Assembly: GCA_964016885.1 (NCBI GenBank)
Contig: OZ024741.1
Span: forward strand, 278,814,001 to 278,878,000
Origin: Eledone cirrhosa
Taxonomy: Eukaryota
DNA: 64,000 bases
Direction of reading: 5' to 3'
Positions 13,195-25,999 of the stretch are shown here, piece after piece. A model generated the notes under the pieces. The model made no database searches. It saw nothing but the letters and a program-made list of their open reading frames with translations, and had not been told where the DNA came from. Position numbers and translations under genes: made by a program. Within the stretch, counting starts at the first letter, position 1. Each line of letters opens with the position of its first letter.

Positions 13195-15510
13195 GTCTTT
13201 GACAAAGAAGGAGTAGAACATTCTTCAATCCCCCTTTCAATCTAAACGTCTCTATCAACTTGCCTAAGGCTTTCTTCTCAATCTTAGAAAAAATGATCCC
13301 ATCCGGCCACAAGTACTATAATCTTATCAATAAAAATACCATTAAAATCTCGTACTCCTCCACACCTAAGATAGCATACCATATAGCTAGTAGTAATAAA
13401 AGGAAGATTAATAATTATTTCCAACTAATTAAAACACAACAGGCGGTAAACTTAGTACCTGTAAACCATAGTAGTAATAATAGTAATAATGATAATAGCA
13501 CTAATGAAATCAGTAACAATACGGATGACAGGCATCATTACCCTAGTGCTACAACTAGAATTCTTCACAACATAGTAACCGTAAACATCCAGAATAGATG
13601 TAACTGTAGAACTAATAGAACTTGCCCCTTAGGTAATAATTGCTTAACCAAAGACATCATCTACTCATGCACCGTCAACGCAAACAACTCTTCTAAAACA
13701 TATATCGGCTCTACTTCGAACAGCTTCAAGACGAGATACAACTCGCACCTCCACTCTTTCAAAAAACACAATCTAGCCAACTCCACTTCTTTATCTAGCT
13801 ACGTACACTCTGAAAACTAGGAATAGACCATTTACGCTGCAATGGGAAGTAGTGGGTAGGGCCTCATCGTATAAACCACCGAATAAATTGTGTAATCTCT
13901 GTCTTCTAGAGACCCATACTATAATCTTTTCGAAACTAGACCTCCTTAATAGAAAGTTAGAGACATTTTCCTCATGCCAACACCGATACCGTCACTCGTT
14001 CCATAACTTTAAACCTTGCTGTTAGTATATAACAATGTCAGATTTGAATTCCTCACCACCATTAACACTTCTCATCTAGGACTTATCAGCCCCCACAGCT
14101 ACACACTCTTTGATCAGCTCTTTCCTTTACACAACTCCTATTTATCTCTAACCTTATACTCTGCAATAACTGTTAGAATTAAACAAAGTTACCACCTTTT
14201 GATATAACTACTATGGCTTAATTATATTATATACACTAATGGATATTTAATATGTAGAGACATTTAATGTAATATGTAATAATAAACTATATATACATTT
14301 AAAATTATATAATTAAATATTTAAATTAATAACATGTATATAAGGGATCTACCTTTAACACAATATAATAATAATAAAGTATATATACATTTATAATTAA
14401 ATATATAATGTAATAGCATTGTATATAAGGGATTAACTTTTAAAACAATAATGTATATTATTACACAAATGATATATCTATTTGGACATATAAACAGCTA
14501 TTTTCCATAACATATATCTTGTCCAGTAATGAATAGATAACAATCTAAGTAGAAACAATTATGTAAAAGAGATTCACTTGTATCCCATTATAATGTGTAT
14601 TAGAGCAAAGAATTTAAATAACTGAATTTAATTAGCTAGTTACCTCCCCTTACACATTAGCTCCCCTTACTCACTTTCGGAAATTAACCGTTGGAAAATT
14701 CTACCTGTTGAACAACTATAGTCCATGATTAAGAATACAATAAGACTAATTTCCAATCCATTGCTTTAACTAACTTAAAACATTCAATATAAACATTAAC
14801 TAAAATATAATTCAACATATGTAATGGAAGAGACTACAATAACTTTGTTTTTCTCAACACTCGCAAATTCAAACACTATCAACATACTACATCCACCATG
14901 GATTTTAATACATTAATATATTTGCTTAAAATACAGTATTTATTTATCTATATATGCATAATAACTTTGCTTATTTCGTTCTCATATATATGACTATCGT
15001 ATGTGCACTTTCTACACACTTGCATATGTATTGCTAATGTACTCTTTCTTTCTCAAAGCTCCTTTCTCAATGCCTCTAATTATTAGACTATTCTTTTATA
15101 TTATCTGCTGCATGTATTCCACTCTGTGCTTTTAATTTGAATTTGAATTATTGCACAATTCTCGTAAAATATATGTCACATCCATTCCACCCTGTAAATA
15201 CGAAACTGTTGCTCACAACATCAATATATATGTATCTATATTATTGTTCAGTTAATTACATGTACAAACATTGATAATGCTCCAATGATTCCAAACGAAA
15301 GTTTGGAAGAAACGATTGTCAGTTATTAAATGATTTGAACACAACTTTGATAATTGTCTAATTTATTTATTTTCCTGCTCTGTAAAACAACTGATGTTCT
15401 TGCATTGAGCTATTTCTCTTACTGGTAATAAGGTAGTGGGAAATTACTGACCTTCCCTGTTTATAGTTGTTTATAGTATAGTATATACATAACTATAAAT
15501 AGTATTATTA
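13195..15510 (+). mobile_element. Penelope-like element 3' half: linker, GIY-YIG endonuclease (frameshifted), long 3' region and pLTR
   Basis: FFNPPFNL...TIKISYS...CNCRTNRTCPLGNNC...IIYSC...YIGST...FKTRYNSH; continues CNLCLLE...LLN...C.H after ~13820. Confidence 0.88.
15279..15323 (+). ncRNA. Hammerhead motif, probably inactivated (CCAATGA core, G5 lost)
   Basis: gct-CCAATGA-ttccaaac-gaaa-gtttggaa-GAAA-cgattg-TC-agt; related to the intact copy at 46139. Confidence 0.6.
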
Positions 15511-15778
15511 TTATATATATATATACACAATCTTATCAAGGAGCAAGACACTCCGAAACAATTGTCAATTGTCGATTGTTTTCTCTCAGCTGGAGCAGAA
15601 CGATGACGTCTCATCTACCACGTGGTGTTTTATGAGGCTGTTTACTTGTAAACAAACAGAAGATTAATAATTGTTTCTACTTTTGGCACAAGGCCAGCAC
15701 TTATCCCAGTGCATTACTGGTACTAACCGAATATTAATAATATTATGTTATTACTATAATATTATTATTCACTCACGA

Positions 15779-15841
<63 letters not shown>

Positions 15842-16318
15842 ATTAGTTACAACAGTGACATATTTAGATAGGTACTTAAGTTTCGGTTTAATTATAGGAT
15901 ACTTTCGAGATTACCTGTCTTTAGAACTCTCTCATACTTTAAAAATCTCCTCAGATGGACCCCATTTCTTTATTGACAGGTTGAATGATTTCGAATAAAC
16001 AACAGAAGCAATGTAACTTATGTACCTGAAAATGTCACTGTTGTAACTAATTATACATAACTCATCCTATACACTGGCTATTTATACGATTTTTATTAAT
16101 CTTTTTAATTTGTGTTTGAGACACGTTGGCTGAGATCTTATGACAGGAGCAGAACTCTTTGATTTCTAAACTCCCGCCATCACGTAAATTTATAAATCGG
16201 TAGCCGGTCGGGGGACAGCATTGTATCAGATCGCAGTTGCTAATAACTTTACTGTGTTGGCCGTCAAAAGCAGTCATAGCCGGCACGGACTGGAATCGAA
16301 TTCTGTCGATCGGCGAAA

Positions 16319-16429
16319 CCAGCCGATGAAGCCACATGCGCCGATTATTCATTGTTGCATAATATATGCGGACAGAGGGTGCAGTGCACCCTACTGCTGC
16401 ATTAAGTGTGGCTGAAACTCGAGTTCGGG
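16319..16429 (+). ncRNA. Type I hammerhead with CCGAUGA core and long stem II
   Basis: ccag-CCGATGA-agccaca...(70 nt)...tgtggct-GAAA-ctcgag-TT-cggg. Confidence 0.7.
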
Positions 16430-16574
16430 AACTACTATAGGTACCCGTTTCCGTGTGTTGTATTGAAGCGAATAACTATGTGTATACTCTGGGAGTGTAT
16501 TTTACATTACCTATTGAGTACGCTGAGATAGAACCGGTCCTGGCATTGATAAATATGGTGGGTCCGTCAACTCC

Positions 16575-16603
<29 letters not shown>

Positions 16604-16605
<2 letters not shown>

Positions 16606-16768
16606 GGTCGGACACTATGCTTTGACGCATAGAGTTACTCCCCTTGCCATTCTGAGTTCAAATCGCGCCGAGGTCAACTTTGCCTTTTATCCTTATGGGG
16701 TCGATAAAATAAAGTACCAGTAATTTACTGGGTAAGTGCTGGCCTTGTGCCAAAAGTAGAAACAATTG
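16604..16768 (+). mobile_element. SINE subfamily A, 5' truncated
   Basis: Homology to 8098-8290. Confidence 0.8.
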
Positions 16769-16867
16769 TATATATATTTGTGTATATGTATATATATATA
16801 TATATATAATGTATATGTATATATATACATATATATATATATACCCACACATAGACACACACACACT

Positions 16868-16906
<39 letters not shown>

Positions 16907-17274
16907 TGTTTTGTTTCAGCCATTCCACAGCAACTATACTGGGACTCCATCTAGCAACTACTATTTTATCTCTTCTCGCCGAATCACTAAGTTATTAACC
17001 TAAACACACAGCTGCATGATATTGTAGTTTTATGAAAGGTTCGCTATTGTTTATTTTGTCGGTTTCTGTCTCTTCAACAAATTATATGAATGGGTGACGA
17101 ACGTGGTAGATCTTGACATTAGAAATTACTCGCTGATCTATGGGTTTGGAGTAACGGAACTGTGTTTGGTGCCATGTAAATGGCGGCCTGGAAGGTCTTG
17201 ATAATCTGGATGTAGCTTGAAGTATTATTATTAATAACTAACAATGCATGTAGGCATCCATGTCCCATAACTCG

Positions 17275-17590
17275 TGAGGGAGTCGTACGGGCGCCCTATT
17301 AACATACGGCGTTTCTAGGACCTTTTAAAACCTGGCAGAGCTCATCTCGCTAGCTCTGATTACAGCAGATTTCTTCCAGAGAAGGATAGAAAGACTGAGA
17401 GAAAGGAAGTGAGAAAGAGATATAGAGGAAGAATCGACCCCAGAATAGACTGGTACTTTTTTATCGACCTCGAAATGATGAAAGGCAAAGTTGACCTCGG
17501 TGGCATATAAACTCAGTGAGTTCAGAGAGCCGAAACGAATACCCCAAAACATTCTATCCGACGTGCTAACGACTCTGCCAATTCGCTCCC
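17275..17590 (-). mobile_element. SINE subfamily B copy
   Basis: Reverse-complement homology to 8565-8860. Confidence 0.75.
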
Positions 17591-17957
17591 TTATCACTAA
17601 CAATACCCTAGCTTACATTTCTACTCTAGTAGACAAGAAAAATCAAAAGAATCTACAGGCAAATATATTCATGATATTTCCACTATTGGCCGTTGTGTTT
17701 CTGAATCATAAACAATTATAGATTGGCTCCAGATTGACGGCTCTTGAGACATCACCAACTAGAACTGCAAAAGGTCTGTTCCAACCTTGAAACAAAAAGA
17801 GTTTTTCTTTCTTCTTCTCTGAGGATGAAAATTCAGGTTACCATTGGCTTTCTTTTCAAGGAAATACCTGTTTTGCTCACCTTAAATACACGTAGCGGAA
17901 GCTTAGTTGCCACGCTCGTTTAGAACTTGAGTGCATGTACTTACAGCTTCACTAGAA

Positions 17958-18141
17958 ATAATTGTTTCTACTTTTGGCACAAGGCTAGCAATTATCCCAG
18001 TGTATTACTGGTCCTTTATTTTATCGACCCTGTAAGGATGAAAGGCAAAGTTAACCTCGGCGGGATTTGAACTCAGACCGTAAAGCGCCGTAACTCTATG
18101 CTTCAAAGCATAGCGTCCGACCCTCTACCGATACTGCCAAT
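17958..18141 (-). mobile_element. SINE subfamily A copy
   Basis: Reverse-complement homology to 8098-8290. Confidence 0.8.
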
Positions 18142-18739
18142 TGTGTAGGTTATGCCGTCGTTTGAATCATGAAACCAACCTCTGCTCGTCGTAAATTTGT
18201 CGTGGTTGTGTCTGAAGCGTGATTCAATATAAAGCTTTTATGAACCCACATGCAAAATGTTCATTTTTAATAAACTTATATAAATTTCGCCGAGAGTAAA
18301 TTAAGTTGTGATAATGTTACAGCTACCTTAGCTGTGTACTCATGTATTTCACAGAATGAAGGGCAAGTAACGTTACGAAGCGCTTTTTATTAGTTTTCAT
18401 CCATCTTTTTGGACCCAAATGTTGATATCATCTGACATTTTTTGTTCATTACACCCCACCTCAAATTTACCCCCTATATCCAGTCCAGTAGTTTGTATAG
18501 TTTTGTGTTAACATTCTATCTTTCGAATAACAATTATATTTTCATCTTCCTGCCTTCCTTCACACTTTCCATCTTTCCCTTTTCTTTTCTTTAATTTATT
18601 ATCTTACGACGATATTCATTCTTTTTATTTCACTCAAGCATTTTCCTCCTTCAACTGTGAATTGATTCCGTGACAAGTCCTCACATTTCCTGCTTTAAAC
18701 TCATAACATTAATGAATCTCCACACAGGAAAGGAAAGGA

Positions 18740-19124
18740 TTATATCATCATCATCATCATCTCCATTATATCATGATCATCATGATCATCATCATCATCA
18801 TCTCCATTATATCATGATCATCATCATCATCATCTCCATTATATCATGATCATCATCATCATCATCATCATCTCCATTATATCATGATCATCATCATCGT
18901 CGTCATCATCTCCATTATATCATCATCATCATCATCGTCGTCGTCGTCCTCCTCCCCTCCTCCTCCTCCTCCGCCTCCCCCTCCTCCTCATCGTCATCAT
19001 CATCATCAGTAGTAGAGGTGTTGGTGGTGGTAGTAGTAGCAGTAGTAGTAGTGGTCGTGGTGGTATTAGTAGCAGTAGTAGCAGTAGCAGTGGTGGTGGT
19101 GATGGTGGTAGTAGTAGTAGTAAC

Positions 19125-19186
<62 letters not shown>

Positions 19187-19193
19187 CAGTAGC

Positions 19194-19245
<52 letters not shown>
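18740..19245. repeat. Compound (CAT)n minisatellite (ctccattatatcatgat... unit) and (TAG)n microsatellite
   Basis: Direct reading. Confidence 0.9.
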
Positions 19246-19573
19246 ACATTTACTTTTAAAAAAACCTCTACGTATACAAACACTTTTCTAAAATGGCTTC
19301 TTTATTCGTTCCGTTTCCTCCCTATTCAATCTATCTCCAAAAGATCAACAAACTTTCTTATCAATATTCTTCTCATTTCAGTCATTCCACTAAAAAAATG
19401 ATAATTCTCTAATGCCAGGCAAAAAATAAGAGAAAAAAAAAAACTTTCGTATTTTTCATGTATAGTTTATATTTTTTATTCCGAAATTGTGAATACGTTG
19501 GAATGGTTTAATAGAAATAAAACGTTTAAAATATAATTTCTTTCTCACTCTCACTTTCTCTTTGTATATGATA

Positions 19574-19622
<49 letters not shown>

Positions 19623-19629
19623 GAGAAAA

Positions 19630-19840
19630 ATGTGAGAAAAACCACAGACCCTCCATCTCAACTCACCTTTTGAAAAGCAGAACTGCGAAACCGGTAAAGG
19701 AACCAAATAAATATATATATTTAAAAAAAAAATAAGACTCCAGTTGCATTTTCGATTTCATCTCTTTTTCTTTATACTTTCACTCGTGTAGGACACCTCG
19801 GTTATTTTTCATTTTGTAAAAAAAACCTCACTTTCTAATA
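19630..19840 (+). mobile_element. Solo PLE pLTR 3' fragment in (TA)n containing the U3-A8 hammerhead (19666-19700)
   Basis: Near-identical to 31597-31810; cctt-TTGAAAA-gcag-aa-ctgc-GAAA-ccgg-TA-aagg. Confidence 0.8.
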
Positions 19841-19860
19841 TATATATATATATATATATA

Positions 19861-20308
19861 CACTAGCCCTGAAAAATGCGCAAGCCCAAAAGAACCACAG
19901 AATGTTATAATAAACCTTCAAAAGTCTGGGACTAGAGTTGTTGCTCAAAAATATTGTAATCATTATCTATCGTACACTCTGTGGCATCGTTTTATGAAAA
20001 AGAGACTCACAATGAACTCAAGATGACACGATAATTATTTAAGCTAATGTTCAATATCTCATATTAGATGTTTAGTAATGATTAATACGAAATGCACTTA
20101 AACCGAATTCTATATTATAAATTCACTTAAATAATTATCGTGTCGTCTTGAGTTCGTTATGAGTCTCTTTTTTATAAAAGGATGCCACAGAGTGTACGAT
20201 AGATAAAGATTACAATATTTTTGAGCAACAACTCTAGTCCCACACTTTTGAAGGTTTATTATAACATTCTGTGGTTCTTTTGAGCTTGCGCATTTTTCAG
20301 GTCTAGTT
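19861..20308. mobile_element. MITE-like element with ~180-bp terminal inverted repeats
   Basis: 19862-20043 is the reverse complement (roughly 90% by eye) of 20126-20307; starts CACTAG. Confidence 0.75.
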
Positions 20309-20475
20309 TAATATTTTTTTAAGGCAACGCTTGTAATACCTCTTCTAGTTAAACATAATATTTATTAATAATAAATTATCGCTGTAATGTAATTAGATTA
20401 TATAATTGTTATTTTATAAATGATCTTATAAATATTATTGTAAGATGTATAAAAATATTTTCAGACTTTTAATAT

Positions 20476-20921
20476 AAAGGAACGATCGATTTTCGTCAAA
20501 TCGGACCGAGGGAACAATGTTTCCGTTGGTCTTTCCAATTGCTAATACTAACTATCGGTTGCAACTCCAGGTAGAAGGAGCAACGTGAAATAAAGTGTCT
20601 TGCTCAAGGACATAACGCATCGCCTGGTCCAGGAATCGAACTCACAACCTTACGATTGCGAATCCAATTCTCTAACCACTCAGCCACACGCCTTCACACG
20701 TGAAGGCGTGTGGCTGAGTGGTTAGAGAATTGGATTCGCAATCGTAAGGTTGTGAGTTCGATTCCTGGACCAGGCGATGCGTTATGTCCTTGAGCAAGAC
20801 ACTTTATTTCACGTTGCTCCTTCTACCTGGAGTTGCGACCGATAGTTAGTATTAGCAATTGGAAAGACCAACGGAAACATTGTTCCCTCGGTCCGATTTG
20901 ACGAAAATCGATCGTTCCTTT
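20476..20921. repeat. Near-perfect palindrome (222-bp arms, 2-nt spacer) made of two head-to-head truncated CORE-type SINEs, each fused to a second repeat
   Basis: Centre ccttcac-ac-gtgaagg at 20691-20706; A box tggctgagtgg, B box gttcgattcc; one arm mismatch seen; taatat direct repeat on both flanks. Confidence 0.9.
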
Positions 20922-21492
20922 TAATATAAACAACTACAAAAAACAATCAATATTAAATAAATATATTTTACATAATAATTGTTATAGTTGAATTAATAAA
21001 AATTAAATATTACATACAAATAGTCGAACATAATAATAAAAAAATAATCTAATATAATAATAATAAAATAATCTAACATAAAACGAACAATATTATGGAC
21101 AAATATACAAGTAAATATTATACAACCAATATTATAAGCATGTTATAACGAACTGAAAAAAAAATTGTTAATATAAATTTAAAAAATCATATATAAATTA
21201 ACAATAAAACTTACCAAAACGAGAAAAATATTTTGATGATAAAACGACGAAATACAGGAGGTAGATTCGAAAGCGAAACGATAAATAGACGTGCAAACAA
21301 AATGGCGGATGCTTTTGAGCAACAATTACTCTCGTTGGTTGATTAGCCAATAAGACGATGAAATTAGCCAATAAGACATGTTTGGTAGCGATCACCACGG
21401 CCAGCGACACCCCTTGAATTTTTTATTCACAAGCTCGCATATATGTCAGACACGCAGACTTAAAACATTCTGTTGTTAGTCACTGCGTGTCT

Positions 21493-21675
<183 letters not shown>

Positions 21676-21679
21676 GTAT

Positions 21680-22535
21680 TAATAAAAGGAATTCCAACTT
21701 TGTCTGATTAACTCGTTTTATTTACAATCCTTTAAAATTATAATGATATTGTAATGAAATAGTATGGTAGAATATTAAATGTTAAATGTTAATTGAACAG
21801 GTACTTTCATGCTTTCGCAATCTCCAGGTTCATATTCAGTGGTGACAGTCAATTTTGCAATTTTCGACTGTAATGAGATGGCTAAAATGTGTGCCTTATA
21901 TACAGTAAAAAGGGGCTACAGAATGCTAAGTTTTGCAAACTGTATTTCGACCAATCGGTGTGTGGTTTCACTAGATTACTAAAGCTGATTGGTTTAGGCG
22001 TCACGGTTGGTTGAGCATGTCTAACGACTTCTATTTGACCCTATCCAAAGCATCAATTGTTTTGCTAATTTTAGAAATGATGAAAATAGCATTTTCTAGG
22101 GTTTTTATAAGAAATCTTCAGTAATCATCACTATCAACATCACTTTTATTATTGTTGTTGTTGTTGCTAGTGGTGGTAGTCGACATGGTCGTAGGCGTAG
22201 TCATAGTAAGAGTAATACCCCTAAGCATTATTATTGTTCGTTTAGCTTGGGTTGGAATTTATCAATAAAATTCTTTTCTTTAATTTTTCTCTTGATTTCA
22301 CTTGGGCTGTGTAGTTTGTAGAATGTGAATATTATAAACATTTTCTGACCACATGTTTCTAGATGCTTACTCAGGGGTATCTGACGCACTTTTGGGTCTC
22401 TGATTTGCTGACGGTGCACCCGTGCACGTTCCGATAGTGCATTTCCAGTTTGACCGACATATAGTTCTTCACAATTCGGGCATTTAATGCAGTAAATTAA
22501 ATTTCTGCTTTTGCAGTTCATATTTGCATTTGGGA
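21680..22535 (-). mobile_element. Penelope-like element 3' end with GIY-YIG domain
   Basis: ORF 22231-22521 NLIYCIKCPNCEELYVGQT...ER...H...KEKNFIDKFQPKLN. Confidence 0.85.
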
Positions 22536-22770
22536 ATATATGATTTGATACATGAAATACCTCTACGGTCTTGATATTTCTATTCCAGTACTGCCAATAC
22601 TGGAATTGAAATATGAAGACCGTAGAGGTATATCATATATCAAATCATATATTTTATCTGACGAGGACATACTGGAAAAAAAATAACACAGTACCTTCGA
22701 AATATATATAATAAAGCATATATTTTGATTATGTGAATATCTTCATTTGTTAATACTTTGAATAATATAT
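22535..22770 (+). mobile_element. PLE pLTR fragment with a 5' fold-back hairpin (22535-22653) and an HHR (22652-22716)
   Basis: ~56-bp inverted arms; tttat-CTGACGA-gga.atactg...cagtac.ttc-GAAA-tatata-TA-ataaa. Confidence 0.7.
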
Positions 22771-23024
22771 ATATATAACGGCAAGAGCTCAGCCGTCGGT
22801 GTCCTGACTCTTTTCATAACATATATATATTAGGTATGCACCGAAGTTGTAGCTGCCTTACTGCAGGTACTATTAGAGTTGTTTGAGGCAATCCCAAAGC
22901 ACTCAATGGAGCGAGAAGTTAATACATCATCCAGAGTAAACACAACAGTTAAAAAGTGTGACACTAAGTAAAACGACCGAAGGCAGTGGCAATACATATA
23001 CCACAATAACAATAGACACAGAAA

Positions 23025-23162
<138 letters not shown>

Positions 23163-23190
23163 TGTGTGTGCGCACGCATGCATGTGTGTC

Positions 23191-23248
<58 letters not shown>

Positions 23249-23445
23249 TACTATGTAAATAATTGTACGTGCGCGCGTGTGTGTATGTGTGTGCCTGTGT
23301 GTGTGTGTGTGAGATAGATATTTAAGTTTCTTGGTAAGTGAGGTGCTGAATCTGCTGCTTTGTTGATATCACTCCTCGTTGTCTTCCCCCTCGTCCATTT
23401 TTATATCTTTATCGCTGAGAGACTCAAGGGACTCATAATAGAATT

Positions 23446-23763
23446 TTAGTTCATCTGCCTTTTCTTTATATTTTTGTCATATTTTGGTTTGAGGTGAAAG
23501 ATTGTGTAGAAATTCAGGAGTTTAATTTGATTCCTGCTGAAGGTATGATGTGATATGTTAAAACATTTGTTTACATTTGTTGGTAACAAAATATTGCCGT
23601 TGTAAACACGTAGTTTAAAAAAAATATTTTTGTTTCTTATGCAGCAAGACACCGAGGTCAAGACATTTTCTAAGGCTAAAATGATGTTATTAAAAAGAGG
23701 TTTATTATTTACTGCTGTTTCAATGTCATTTTTCAGTTTGTTGATTTTTTTTTCAATATCCAA
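23446..23763 (-). pseudogene. Possible degenerate PLE N-terminal coding fragment
   Basis: FNISHHTFSRNQIKLLN and LKNDIE resemble the PLE N-terminal region. Confidence 0.3.
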
Positions 23764-23764
23764 A

Positions 23765-24245
23765 GGGTGGTAGGTTGGTAGAATTGGTGCAGCACCATAT
23801 AAAATATTTATTGCGCTCTTTTTTCTAGCTACTTATATTCTCAGTTCAAATCATAGCGAGGTCAGTTTTGCTTTTCATCCTTCAACGGTCGATAAAGTAC
23901 CAGTCAAGTATTTATGGTCCTGTACCTCCCGATAGAGTCGTAGGGGTGCCGAATTGATAAACAGCGTTTCTTTAGGGATTTTAAGCCTGGCAGAGCCCAT
24001 CCCTCTCCAGACCTGAGTACAGCAAATGTTTTCTAGAGAAAGATAGAAAGTGAGAGAAAAGAAAAATGAGAAAGAGGTATGGAGAAAGAATCGATCCCAG
24101 TACTAGACAGGTACTTTTTTATCGACTTCCAAGGATGAACGGTAAGGTTGATTTCGGTGGGATTTGAACTCCGAAAGCAGAGATCCGGAACGAATTCCAT
24201 AAAGCATTCTATCTGATGTTCTAACAATTCTGCCAATTCGCTGCC
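23765..24245. mobile_element. Two SINE copies tail-to-tail (+ 23765-23915; - 23925-24245, subfamily B)
   Basis: Homology to 8565-8860. Confidence 0.7.
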
Positions 24246-24728
24246 TACCAGTTAAGAACTGCGCTTCATTTAACCAACTTACCCCCAAATTTTCTTTTCT
24301 TGTGCCTAAATTCGAAATCAATGTTTCAATTTCAAGCGTTGCTATGTCATTCTGACGTTCGATAATCTTTCTCCGTTTGTTATTACATCATGAAAATTTA
24401 GATTTGGAGAAACAGCTTTTCGTTCAAACATTGTGTATTAAAAACTTGACTTTGCTCCAGTATGATAAGTTTTATTAAGAATTTTTATATTTCCTTATTA
24501 GTTTTTTAATACTAGGTTTGGAACAATAGCATTCCTAAATCACGAACTCAAAAGCTCCATCTACGGAATAAATGTGGTCATATTAGTGACTTATTGCTCA
24601 CTTGTTAAGCAATGGTCGTAAAGAATCACATAAGTACCAAATAGGAGGGGCACGGTCAGGTTTTCAATATATATTGTTTAGAATAGCTGTTCCTTACTTA
24701 TACATACATACATACATACATACATACA

Positions 24729-24759
<31 letters not shown>

Positions 24760-24939
24760 GAAGTAAATTACATACACACATACATACATATGGAGTAAAT
24801 GAATGTAAAATGAAATACGACATGTTCGGATTAATAAGAGGTGAAAGGCAGAGGAAAACTCGGGGATTCAGGTATCATTCCATAGGATGTTGAAATCAGG
24901 GAATTATTAAATTAAATATCTTTTTTGACGGATGCTGTG

Positions 24940-25019
<80 letters not shown>

Positions 25020-25022
<3 letters not shown>

Positions 25023-25454
25023 GTAGGAGGTGAGTTTTATTGTAGTACAATAAAGCAATGCAGATATCGGATAAGAAGCACTCTACAGTTTGTAGGACTG
25101 GAGTATAAATAATATATAAGATCAAAAGATGGTTAAAAGAGTTCCATGTATTTTATTAAGCGCATTTCAAAAACAAATATCATCATGCAATAATATTTGT
25201 GTTTTCATCAGATAAAACAGGAGAACATGATATGAAGGCTAAAAAACACTTGTGGATAGTGCAGTTTTAAATCAACATATGATATGTTGATTTAAAACTG
25301 CACTATCCACAAATGTTTTTTAGCCTTCATATCATGTCTTCCTATTTTATCTGATGAAAACACAAATGTTATTGCATGATGATATTTGTTTTTGAAATGC
25401 GCATAATAAAATACATGGAACTCTTTTAACCATCTTTTGATCTTATATATTATA
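25020..25454. mobile_element. Head-to-head palindromic PLE pLTR pair in (TA)n (arms 25108-25280 / 25282-25454), one HHR per arm
   Basis: 1-nt spacer at 25281; + HHR 25343-25413 tattttat-CTGATGA-...-GAAA-tgcgca-TA-ataaaata; - HHR ~25149-25219; left arm has an extra ~90-bp tail. Confidence 0.85.
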
Positions 25455-25528
25455 TATATATATATACAAAAACAAGATGGCGTATGACAGAACAAAGGAG
25501 AGGCACAAAAACAAAGAAAAGAATCCCA

Positions 25529-25571
25529 GTCACTGAAGAGGTCACAGAATTTGTGACGAAAGAACTTTGAC
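25529..25571 (+). ncRNA. Type I hammerhead ribozyme
   Basis: gtca-CTGAAGA-g-gtcaca-gaatt-tgtgac-GAAA-gaac-TT-tgac. Confidence 0.75.
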
Positions 25572-25791
25572 AATATATGAACAATCGTCTGGTTGTGGAA
25601 CCAACCAACCAACCGGAAATTTATAAATTCCTAAATTTATAAATTTAATTTATAATAAATTGAAGTGAAGCAACTGGTGCGTGTGTTTCTTATTGGCAAC
25701 ATGGCCCTCCCAAAGTATAACAATATATATATATACATAATTAGAATTTTATTCTCACTCTAGCAAAGCTGATACAAACTGGCAGAGGTAT

Positions 25792-25840
25792 ACAGTCCTG
25801 ATGAAACATGTTCATTGTTCCTCAGAAACATGTTGACTGT
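25792..25840 (+). ncRNA. Type I hammerhead ribozyme (family shared with 28518 and 63140)
   Basis: acagtc-CTGATGA-...-GAAA-catg-TT-gactgt; stem II irregular. Confidence 0.7.
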
Positions 25841-25999
25841 TCCTCAAAGCCAGTGTTGAACAAACAGGTGGCGAACGGTCACCGACGCGGCACAGCTTCA
25901 AATCGGGCTATTTGTTTACAAACGAATCGAACATTATTATTAAAGTTCGATATAACCCATACGTACATATGTATATGTGTGTATGTATATATATATATA

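Noticed and set aside
10961-13312. 783-aa and 741-aa His/Thr-rich ORFs
   Set aside because: They are translations of a GT/CA minisatellite that lacks stop codons; no domain features
15528-15580. ggag/ctcc-GAAA-caattg-TC half-hammerhead (similar partial motifs at ~21810, 24805, 53330, 54790 and 62410)
   Set aside because: The core is missing or too degenerate to call; at most decayed relics
20700-20772. tRNA gene
   Set aside because: A and B boxes are present but there is no complete cloverleaf, and it continues into a SINE CORE-like body
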